NCBI GenBank assembly: GCA_003990765.1
Contig: RBNJ01000335.1
Location: 1-32,769, forward strand
Origin: Jimgerdemannia flammicorona
Lineage: Eukaryota
Length of the DNA stretch: 32,769 nt
Direction of reading: 5' to 3'
The position numbers and the translations under genes were made by a program. This document shows, piece after piece, positions 23,201 to 32,769 of the stretch; positions within the stretch are counted from its first letter, which is position 1, and each line of letters opens with the position of its first letter. The notes under the pieces are model-generated. The model did no database searches. It had not been told where the DNA came from and saw only the letters and a list, made by a program, of their open reading frames with translations.

Positions 23201-24556
23201 AAAGGACTTTTTCATATTACCATTGCATTCTACTTCATTGAACCATCAACAGTGCCAGAAAATCTGCAACATATTGCATGTGTGCGTGGTGTGATCGAAA
23301 ATACAATTATTGTCTGCTATCAGTCTTGCCCCTACTCTGGTAAGTCTATGAGTACTCTTGGTGAGCAGGCCTGGCTCAGTCACCAGGTTGCAAAATATGA
23401 GGAGATGCTGGCAGAGGCTGAGCAGCGCTGTGAGGAGGTGCGCGATAGCAGCCTATGTTCATATGCAATCACACACAGCATTTGAACAAAGCAGGCAGAG
23501 TGGGATGCTGCTGGTATGTTCACAGAGGCTGCAGCAAGGGCTACTGGGACACAGTCGATACTGCTACACAGCTGGGTCTGCTCAAAGGGCAGTGGTGAAA
23601 TTAGAGCCCTGCCACAGTTGATGGATGCTGAGGTCGATACCATCATATGTAGAAACATCCCAGTTAATGAGGCCAGTCTCCCAAAAATATGGCAGGAGAT
23701 GGAGGATATGTGGATCCAACAGGAAAGAAAGGAGGACTTGACACCCCTGGAAGTAGATCTCTTACAATTGTACAAGGAGCTACCTGTTCCTGCTGGACTG
23801 CTGCACAAAGCCGAGTGACAGATGTCATATATGAGGTATCTGGACAATGGATGGCATGTGATGGAGGTGCTGGCAACTGGATCGTCAGTTGTTTTGCAAA
23901 TACTGGACATTGACAAGGGAGATAAATCCTCAAAGGTATCCTTTGTCACTCCTATATATCGTGAGTACCAACAATACCAGATGTTAAATATATGGGCATC
24001 CATTGTCCTTGTAGGGATTTATGGTATACACCAAACTGTGGATGATGGATCTTTACTATTTCAATATATCTGCTATTCCAGTAGCTTGGATGATGGTAGA
24101 TTTATGATCCACCTAAAGGCAGACCTCAATAGAGTGAAGAATGCAGTTACAGATGTACTGGGTAGTTTAAAGATACTCTCTGAGGCAGGCACAGATTTCA
24201 AAGTATGGTTTGTACAAAATGATCTTCGGAAGCTGCTTGGATATTGTAGTATAGGCAATCAAAAGAAGGCCACTAAAATATTTGTAAGTATTATGTGAAA
24301 GGGGTTTCGCCAGTTACTTGGAATGGCCAATGTCAAGGTAAAAACATACAGAGATGATGTTGTGTGTATACATATTACAGGACTCAAGCATTTTGTATGG
24401 CTGGCCTGCATACGTCGAATCAGTCTCAGATGTAATCATATATTGCACATAGGACCTAATGACTATAGGACAGTAGATATATATCAGTCATCACAAGCAT
24501 TACATGATATGATTCCATCAGATTTAGACCTCTCCCAACTGCAGGGCATTGATTAG
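20210..24556 (+). pseudogene. AEP (PrimPol/UL52-like) primase, Zn-binding region and UL9-like (origin-binding protein) SF2 helicase fusion
   Basis: AEP motif I LMLDMEW (20605-20625), motif II KALFH (20785-20799) and motif III DCSIHSHGRAFRCCGSCK (21068-21121). Helicase motifs SPMGSGKTT (about 22310-22336), VLSVSP, LSICINSLKHL, YNVFILDEF (about 22650), VLIATPKFNVGFSI and LQHIACVR. Six ORF pieces from 21869 to 24556 share one frame, separated only by TAG/TGA. Predicted intron 20313-20381. Confidence 0.85.
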
Positions 24557-24597
24557 ATACAGGTGCATCGAGCATAATACATATATCCAATTTTATT

Positions 24598-25108
24598 TCA
24601 ATTTCTTTGGTACACTCCAAAACCCAAGCCCTTCCAAAATTGTGGATGTCTCATTAACTGTATTCCTGTAAATAGAATTTCGATTGTTTAGTCATTATAT
24701 TTAAGAGGAGATCAGCCATTTATATACTACAGATACATACTCTGCTAAGGAGTAATCGTCTGGATCATCCAATACTGTGTGGGTCTTGTCTGATATCGAA
24801 TGTAATTGGGGATCAGTATTGTCAGATATTAAAGATTCTCTAACTTTTGGCATATGATGTAGTTGGCGAATAATGTGTTGATGCAGATTGGCATCTTCTT
24901 CAGATAATATCTGCTGAAGGATGCATCTGTGCATATTTCTATCTTCATCCTCAGAGGTCTCATCGATTGAAATGCTTTCATCTTCACTATAGGTTTCTTC
25001 AGTACTTGTATATGCCGAATCAGCAGCAGACTCGTCTGCTGCATCATCTATATATCGAGATTGCCGACGTGTCAGAGGTAGCTCTTTCTCACTATCAGAT
25101 GCTTCCAT
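24598..25108 (-). CDS. Small acidic protein with an SRYIDDAADES motif; probable intron at about 24667-24724
   Basis: 135-aa D/E/S-rich ORF from ATG 25108, converging tail-to-tail on the helicase gene. Confidence 0.5.
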
Positions 25109-25703
25109 TTTCCAATGATAATATTGTGCATTTAATACTCATCATATATATATCATGATTTGAAATATATAGAGCATTTTATAACTGTATGACTGATTGG
25201 AGAATAGTCTGGTACATATGGACCAGGAAGTTAGATAACTGTAATGCCCTGCACCTTATTCACCCCCACATCACCTCTTATCAATCTTGCACTGAACACA
25301 TGACTTCCCTGGTGACAACCATTTGGGTATATTGAAGATTGTGGAGCAAACATCATTCATTTTATTTTTGCAGGCTAGATATTGGCTACATTGGATCGTC
25401 TCGGGTGAGTGGCTGCTCAATGATGGGAGAGTGGGTCTGAAGGCAGTGGTTTGCCATGATTCTTCCAGTTAACAAATGGCTATTAGTGCCTATATATATG
25501 TCGATATGGGACAAAACTTTGGGATGATTCAGTATAATAATACTGTAGTGTTTAAATCATGGACAAATTTATTTTTCAGCATAAGCTGAATATGGTTGCA
25601 GATAACTACTATCATCATTGGGTTGCAGTTTATTTTATTTTATTTATACATTTATTGTTTTCCTTCATTTCACTATATATAATACATATCTACCCAGGTT
25701 TCA

Positions 25704-27763
25704 TTATCCTTTCTCAAGCCAGCATAGGAATGGATCACCATGGTCAAACATTCTATTACCAGTGGCAATCATCATATGGACCTCTGGTGGCTAGAGCTTT
25801 ATTGTGTCTTTCACCATAAAACTGTCGATCTGCTCTATGACATGGTTTGGAATGTCTCTGAATAAGGCATACACCCACTTTGTCCACCAGAACATATCAC
25901 TTGCAGCACACCGATTCTTTACCCCAGGTGCAGTTGCCATTCTGTCGATAATTGATACAGCACGGTCTTGATAGTTACGTATTTTCCTCATTGCCATCAC
26001 CATTGCATTTATCTCTCTTCCGAGTTCGAGGTAGCAAATGATGTTTGTATTGTTTGCAGTATTTACTGTGTTGTCACTCTCTATTACCTGTTTGATGAGA
26101 GACCCTAAAGTGCTATTGAGTTGGTCGACAGTCCAATATTCTTTATGTTGCTGCCCACAGCACGATGATGGGCTCGTTCGATTATATCCCAGAATGACTT
26201 CGCCTAGACAAATTATTTTGCATGTCAAAAAATGAAATTATTTTAAATTACTTGCATCCCCCATTAAAATTACATACTGTCATAGAGGCGTCTACTGTAT
26301 CTACATCCATCATCTGAGGCATGTCTACTTTGGTACATTTACAAGACCCAACCCTCGCAGAGGTGCTGGAGGGACATTTTGCCGAGATATATCCAGGGGC
26401 TCTAGCCTTGGGTACCATTCCCTGTGTTACCTTCCCCTTTCCTTTGTCCCGAACACCAATTACTATCCTTGCGGATTCTGGGGATATAGTAGTTGGCTGT
26501 GTCGATTTAAATGTAGCAGGTCGATTGACAGATTGTGATCCGCTATCTGCTGTTTTATCTGTCTGGTTGGATAGCGCCTAAATTACATCACGAATGTGGG
26601 GATGTGTGTCGGAAATAGGAGTTTCACCATTCCATGCATCGGTATTAGCATTCTCCTATATTATACATAAATATACTATAATCAGGATACTGTGTACATT
26701 CAATGGGAATAGGCAGTCATAAAACATAATTACATGCAGAATTCTACAGTAGTAGTCTGGGTCCATGAGAAATGTCCTTGCAAAATACAACAGAAAGACT
26801 CCACAATCAGAGCCATTGGTTTGCTGTGGAACCTATATAATATGAGATTATTAGTCATGGTTCTAGATATACTAATAGCTCTATGTCTCATCCCTACCTT
26901 TGCAGTAATGATCCTCACACCTCTCATACTTGATTTATATGATTCAGGCATGCCATCTATCTGATAGCGTGGCCTTTGTGCAGCGAGCATCTCCAGGTAT
27001 GCCAGAATAGGCTCGACTATTTGCAGCTGTGCAGTTATCTTCATAGAATCCAGGATCGCAATAAATGATCTGTAAATATGATTTAAAGTAGACCTATGAG
27101 TTTGGTGACTATCAATGCTTGAGAATTTTCATGTACTTCAATACCAACCTTTGCAATGGATCCTCTGCTGGAGTGATATCAAGTAAGGAATACATATTGC
27201 ATAGAACTACTAGAAACCAATAGTATCTGTAGTATTTAAAGTAGTGTGAGGTATATTGCCACATCGTCGTGCATGCCTCTCATACAATATTTTTACCCTC
27301 TGTTGACTGGGATTAGGGAATACTTGGTCTGGAAGGGATCGACCTTCCTGACAATCTTGGTGGAAGATTGCATCAGGCATGGATACAGATATGTATTGAA
27401 TATAGCAATGTGCTCGGAATATTGCTGAGAACTACACCTCCAAAAAAAACCCCCAATACCTATTTTAGATGGGTCGGAATAATCGCAGCCAAACTCAATG
27501 AATGTTTTACATCATACAGACCAGTTCATGTACTTATTTATGATGATATCATTGAGCCATTGACTAGGATCCAGACAGCTAAGGTCCTGCTGGTGAAAAC
27601 AAGGCCACTCAGGCTGATGCTTGGGCTCAAGTCACTCGATGTCTACTATCTCAATGATTGTGGCAAGACTATCAGTCAGATCTGGGCATGGGATGGATGA
27701 AAGGGGGATGCAGTCTTCAAATATCTTACAAACAAGCATGGCCTGGACATGTAGTCAAGACAT
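25704..27763 (-). pseudogene. Ulp1/SENP-family protease with a C-terminal helical domain, copy B (diverged paralog of 13655-15778)
   Basis: Manual translation gives DLSCLDPSQWLNDIIINKY (about 27530-27586), YWFLVVLCN (about 27197-27222; catalytic His>Tyr), ILDSM (about 27045) and VPQQTNGSDCGVF (about 26795-26832). The C-terminal IICYLELGREIN...VYALFRDIPN is shared with copy A. Confidence 0.85.
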
Positions 27764-27848
27764 AACTTCATACTAAACACCTGATTTCATACTTCCATTC
27801 AAATTCCACAGTAGTGATATGTATTATTACTAGCATAAATGTTTACAG

Positions 27849-29084
27849 TCATTGTGCTCTTTCTACTGTAATTGTGTCCCACTTAACAAACATCAATGAT
27901 GTAATATTCTGGACAAATACATGTAAAGTCACACTGGTCACTGGGGGTTCATATATAGTACCAGTAGCTGCAGTCTTGATTGTGAGGGTGCAGAGTCTGG
28001 TAAGAGTTGTAATGTTACCAGCAAGTTCAGAAGGACTGATGTGCTGAATGGTAATCTCAAGCAGCAGCAGTGCTGGAAAAATTGCCGCAATAGAAATGAT
28101 GCCAGCTGATGAAAGAGGAGCAATGTCATTCAATCTGAAGTGGGTCATATATCGATTTTGGAATCCCATGAGATAGCTGAAGAGAGTCAGATCAACCTTG
28201 CAGGAATCAATGCTGAGGTACTCAAGCTCGGTTGCACTGATAATCAGGGCTGCAAGTCCCCTAGTGGAAACATCTCCACAGTCAGCCAACTCAACCCTAC
28301 GGAGAGTTGAGCCAATATTCTGTGATACTACAGAGAGAATATCTTCACCAAGCTCATCATACTTGTGGAGTACAAGCTCGCGAAGATAGTCAATAGATAG
28401 AAGTAATCTATAGAAATATACCGAGAAGTACATGTCTCTACAGTTATAGTATGATAAACACTCAATCTGCTGGGGTATATGAGACATTTCCCAGTGTGGA
28501 AACCGACAGTCAATGAACTGTACACACTGAAGTGATTGGCATTGCTGGACAAGATGGTCAATAGAAGCATCATAACCTGAGTCAAAAAGAGCCAGTGTTT
28601 GGAGAGTGCTTGGTGGATTCAAAGAGTTACAACCTGATGAATGGGGGCTGTACTCTTGGTCTCCCCATTCAGCAAGTTCAAGTGCCTTGAGGGAGTGGCA
28701 ATTATTGAACAACATGGCTAGAATATATAGGTCAGTGTTCACAAGATAGGTCAATCACAGATTGGCAAGTAGGGGGAGGGTATTGCAGATAACACTTCTG
28801 CTGAAATCAAATGCATCTGGTAAATGGATTTCATCACATAGAGTAGCAAGATCCTCTCTGGTAGAAATGGTGTGATGGTATGAAAGCAGCCTTGGAGTGA
28901 GGTCCCTGGGATCAATATCAATTAGAGAGACCCTGCGGTAAAGCACTGCTGTTGCTTCAGCATTGAAGCTGTGACAGACTAGGGTGCAAGCATGAAGGCT
29001 TGTTCGAAGCAACTGTGCACAGTCATCATAAGGCCAGAGAGCATCATGTAGATACTCAATACTGATGTAAAGGATGTCATTCAT
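27849..29084 (-). pseudogene. F-box-like plus leucine-rich-repeat (RNI/FBXL-type) protein; one in-frame TGA at 28755-28757
   Basis: N-terminal DILYISIEYL...LHACTLVCHSF...ATAVLY, and LRR units LRRVELADCGDVSTRGL and LEYLSIDSCKV. The two ORFs abut in the same frame. Confidence 0.75.
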
Positions 29085-29208
29085 ACTTTTGGGGAATAAT
29101 TAGCATGAATTGAATGCCAGACATTTATATATTAATTGCATGACTGCCATTGCTGCGGATGATCAAGATAAAAAGCAGGGCTGAAAACCTCACAAAAATG
29201 ACAGTACA

Positions 29209-29502
29209 ATGGACACTAAGTGTATCCCAAGATGCTGTCAGTACTCTATTGAATATACTGATCCAATATATGTCACCTGTATATCATGCTGTATGATTTC
29301 GTGGCTTGATTGTGGCCAATGTAAGTTGCGAGGTCAATGTGTTAACTGTGCCTGGTACACAGATTGCCGACAGTGTGCTGGCCAAATCACAACAGATCCT
29401 GAATCACTCTATACCAGTTGCAAGGGAATCTGGACAAAACACCAATGCTTCATAGATACAATCCTTCAGATTCACACTCATATATCCCAAAACACCATGT
29501 AG
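29209..29502 (+). CDS. Small Cys-rich putative Zn-binding protein
   Basis: 97-aa ATG-started ORF with four CxxC pairs (CISC, CGQC, CVNC, CRQC), head-to-head with the F-box gene. Confidence 0.4.
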   Translation: MDTKCIPRCCQYSIEYTDPIYVTCISCCMISWLDCGQCKLRGQCVNCAWYTDCRQCAGQITTDPESLYTSCKGIWTKHQCFIDTILQIHTHISQNTM

Positions 29503-29583
29503 TAGCCAGGAAATCTCTTAACTATGCCCTTATGTATTGTATGGCTATGATAATAATATATGCACCAATTTATGCAATGGTCT

Positions 29584-30378
29584 TTATTCTACAAGTATTT
29601 CCATAACACTGGCTGTTCTCATTACCATTCTAGCTATATCATATGCTGTTGCACCATATCTGGTCCTTGCATATATATCTGCATCCAATTCAATTATAAG
29701 AAGGGTTACCATATCTTCCATTACTTGCTCATCATATATCTTACTACCAGATGATCTAAAATGAAAATACCCAGTACCCCATGCTGCATAATGTAATGGT
29801 GTCTCTCCAAACAGCTTATCCATAATGTCAACATATACCTGAAACTCAACAACTAGTATCTTTACAAGCTGGAGATGTCCATGGTATACACAAATGTGCA
29901 ATGTGCTATGCCCTCCCATCCATGTTCTTGCATTAACATTGATGCCACCAAACTCCAGCAAAGCATGTACAGTGTCAACATGACCACCCTCACAGGTATA
30001 GTATAGTGCATTCTGGTGATTTCGTCTGGTTGTGTTAGTACACAGAAAGGATACAACTTTGTGGTGACCATTGCATGCTGCTATCTGCAGTGGCGACTTC
30101 AATGTAAAATTCTGAGTTGCAGTGCTAGCCCCATATCTACAAAGAAGACGCACAGTATCATAGCATCCATACTTCACAGCTACATAGAGTGCTGACACAG
30201 CACTATATCCAATAGCATTGATATCAGCATTGAGCTCATGTATGAGAATAATGATAATGTGAGTGGCATTTGTATGTGCAGCTATGTGTAATGGACTGTA
30301 GCATGTTGTATCAGTTGAGGAGAACTGATTTAGATAGTCACTGATGGTTTTCTCAGGAGAGAAATTCTGTTCTTCCAA
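29584..30378 (-). CDS. Ankyrin-repeat protein (true start probably upstream, toward about 30670)
   Basis: About 6-7 ankyrin repeats: SPLHIAA, SALYVAV, SPLQIAACNGH, STLHICVYHGH, GETPLHYAA, GATAYDIA. Confidence 0.9.
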   Translation of the reverse strand: MEEQNFSPEKTISDYLNQFSSTDTTCYSPLHIAAHTNATHIIIILIHELNADINAIGYSAVSALYVAVKYGCYDTVRLLCRYGASTATQNFTLKSPLQIAACNGHHKVVSFLCTNTTRRNHQNALYYTCEGGHVDTVHALLEFGGINVNARTWMGGHSTLHICVYHGHLQLVKILVVEFQVYVDIMDKLFGETPLHYAAWGTGYFHFRSSGSKIYDEQVMEDMVTLLIIELDADIYARTRYGATAYDIARMVMRTASVMEILVE

Positions 30379-30720
30379 CCATTTACATAGGATGCCATCT
30401 CTTCCATCCTCATAGAATATTGAGGGTGGAATGGCTATAGCTACATAATATTACCTATTAGTATTATCTGAGGTGGGGTCAGTGGGGGGCTTTCGATGAT
30501 ATAGATTCATTGTCTTCACAGGTGGTTGCCTGCGAAGAGGAGGAGGCAACAGAAGAGCCAGCAGGTCAGATATAGATAGGTTCTTTGATGATATCTAGCA
30601 CAGGATGTGCTGTATTTAAAGGTTCTCTGGCAATAAATTCGTGACCAGAAATGGATACCTCTAATTGACATATATTTGAATTGGCTGAATAGCCAACTAA
30701 CATACATGTAATAGTAATAT

Positions 30721-30987
30721 ATAGTATATAGGAGCAAATGTACTTTTTGCTCAAAACCCTACTAAGTGACTTCGATATTTTTGCCCAGCCAATGAGCTGT
30801 CATTTAGCGTATCCTTTTCATTGAAAGGGATACGCTAAATGTGATTTCATTGGTCCAAAAAATATCAGGTACTGCCAATGAGCTATCATCTGGCATAATG
30901 CTAAATGTGGTTTCATTGGCCGGACAAAATATTTGAAGTCACTTAGGAGGTTTTTGAGCAAAAAGTGTGTTTGCTCCTATATACTAT
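30721..30987. repeat. Palindromic non-coding module, copy 2 (complete 267-bp nested inverted repeat)
   Basis: Outer arms 30721-30782 and 30926-30987 are reverse complements with about 6 mismatches and 1 gap. Inner 41-bp hairpin at 30801-30841 and two CCAATGAG...CATTGG units. Confidence 0.92.
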
Positions 30988-31125
30988 TAACTATACTAAT
31001 ACAAACTTATTAGCTATCAGCATTATTCTATATCCACCCTAAATAACAAACCATATCTGCATACATATAAATAGCTCCCATTATTTCTTTATACTGTAGA
31101 AATATATCCATATTATTGGAGTGAA

Positions 31126-32318
31126 ATGTCTGGGCCAAGATATCATCCATATGCCAGTGTTACCCTGAGGCAGCCAGTTATCAACCCACAGAACCACCTC
31201 TCAGACTCCTTTCGAAAAACAATCCTGGGGACAGTCTTGGTGAATGGGAAAGGTACCAAAGGCCAGCTTGGCCTTGGATCTGCCATTGAGGCTGCATATC
31301 ATCTACATATTATAGAGACCCTGAACAGTGTCGGCATTGTGGATATCAGTACTGGATATAACCATTCTGCAGCCATTGATATTGAAGGCAGAGTATGTGT
31401 CTCTATTTTAGTCTCAATATTGGTTTTTGTATATATTCTTTTTTATTTTTACCTGATGTATATATCTCTATCTAGGTTTGGACATAGGAGTGCAATACCA
31501 GTGGTGCTCTTGGCCGAAATGGGGATGGATGGAAACCTGCTCTTGTTGATATGCTAAATAGTATGCGGGTGGCAGCAGTCAGTTATGGATGGGCATTTAC
31601 TCTTGCCTTGAGTGACTCTGGATGTCTCTATGCCTGGGGATCCTTTTGTGACAAAGAAGGTAAAGCAACCTGCATCACAAATACCCCACATAACCCTCTC
31701 AACCCCACATGTAATCTGGGACCAGATGAATAATTTACTGCTATTGCCACCAGTGTTTCTCATACCATGGCTCTGACTACTGAGGGACAAGTGCTTATAT
31801 TTAGACATGGTCTACAGTGTCAGCTGGGACGACATCTGGTTGCACGTTGGGCTAGGGCCTATCTTGTACCCACCTTTTTAGCACTCGGGAGAATCAGGTT
31901 GATTGCCAGTGGGTACTTTCATTCATTTGCGATAGGTGAAGATGGTACTGTATATGCATGGAGCTGCAATGACCATGAGCAGATGGGAATACCCACCCCA
32001 TCTAGAGCACCCCCTCTAGTACAAAAACCCACCAAGGTCTGTGCAATCCAGGGCAGAATTAAGCAGATTGCAGCTGGGAAATTTCACACCTATGTTCTAT
32101 ATAAGAATGGCACTGTGGCAACATTTGGGATGGCGATTGCACTGGGTATCCCATCAGTAAGATTTATTTCAACTGGGTGTAGACACTCATTAGCTCTAGT
32201 TAGTGGAGGGGATGTTTTTCAGCAGATTGGCGAATCACCCTGGGCAAAAATGAAATGTACCACATCTGCACTTGCAGTTGCCACTAGTGTTAAATTCAGC
32301 ATGGTGTTATTAAAGTAG
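31126..32318 (+). pseudogene. RCC1-repeat (beta-propeller) protein; 1 intron (about 31393-31475), frameshift/stop
   Basis: GQLGLG, ISTGYNHSAAI, VSYGWAFTLAL..SGCLYAWG, IASGYFHSFAI..DGTVYAWS, IAAGKFHT, ISTGCRHSLAL. Confidence 0.88.
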
Positions 32319-32387
32319 GTAGTTGGAATGGCTGGAGTTTGTTATATTTATTCTAGAGTAGTATCTAATACACACATATTTCATCTA

Positions 32388-32769
32388 TAGAAATCCTGAC
32401 TTACCAAGGAAGCTGCTGGTCCTGGATCTCAATGGGGTGCTTCTCTGCAAGCATGCCCGGAAGTTCTATCCCCAGCCATATCTACATATATTTCTTGGAT
32501 TTGTTCTTTCGCACTTTGATGTCATAGTGTGGTCTTCAGTACAGTCACACAATGTAGCCTGCATGGTCAGTCTGTTTGGAGAGTACAGGAAAGGACTAAC
32601 TGTAGTATGGGCCCGTGATATGTTTGGACTAACAGACAAGTAGTACAACTCTGATTTCGCAATGATCAAGGATCTTTCTAGGATATGGAAGGACAGCTCA
32701 TTCAGTGGACGATATCACCAGCACAATATAGTCCTGATAGATGATTCAAGAGATAAGGCTCAGCTGCAG
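32388..32769 (-). pseudogene. Possible 3' end of an unknown gene entering from the right edge
   Basis: One minus frame is open apart from three TGA/TAG stops and converges on the RCC1 gene. No recognisable motif. Confidence 0.25.

Larger units (their letters stand above)
12750..32769. mobile_element. Putative large DNA element or endogenous virus-like gene block (right end not in window)
   Basis: Abrupt junction truncating the old LINE, densely packed alternating genes, a viral-type primase-helicase, a repeated palindromic module and a similar level of nonsense decay across the block. Confidence 0.55.

Noticed and set aside
21869..24556. In-frame TGA/TAG as an alternative genetic code or programmed readthrough
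   Set aside because: Stops are of mixed types, are one transition from CGA/CAG/TGG, and co-occur with frameshifts and His>Tyr changes. Mutational decay explains them better.
25023..25042. Perfect 9-bp hairpin GCAGCAGAC-TC-GTCTGCTGC
   Set aside because: Lies inside coding sequence (AADESAA) and is explained by the codons; single occurrence.
32705..32740. GLYCAGDIV on the minus strand, resembling an FAD-oxidoreductase motif
   Set aside because: The frame is full of stops and no other supporting motif is visible.

Overview
Eukaryotic DNA with GT-AG introns, most likely fungal (an early-diverging lineage is my inference), consisting almost entirely of mobile or foreign sequence. The left 12.7 kb is a retrotransposon nest. 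A LINE (1-2488, minus; ORF1 plus the start of an APE-endonuclease ORF2) is inserted into the RNase H of a Ty3/Gypsy element (2489-9530, minus). The Gypsy element has a 1.23 kb 5' LTR and a tRNA-Pro-like PBS, and carries a Zn2Cys6-like motif and a dUTPase between protease and RT. An AT-rich relic and a much more decayed plus-strand copy of the LINE family (about 10825-12745) follow. From about 12750 to the right edge is a compact, virus-like but intron-containing block of about 11 genes, most pseudogenised by nonsense codons consistent with C>T decay. Its core is an AEP/PrimPol primase fused to a herpes UL9-like SF2 helicase (20210-24556). Around it lie two diverged, oppositely oriented Ulp1/SENP protease genes, plus PHD-finger, F-box/LRR, ankyrin, RCC1, Cys-rich and acidic-protein genes. 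Two copies of a nested palindromic non-coding module (about 17411-17612 and 30721-30987) each sit between divergent genes. The best candidate for an undescribed system is this block, read as a large, domesticated, possibly self-replicating DNA element or endogenous virus relic with candidate origins or bidirectional promoters. No capsid, polymerase, integrase or transposase gene is visible in the window.
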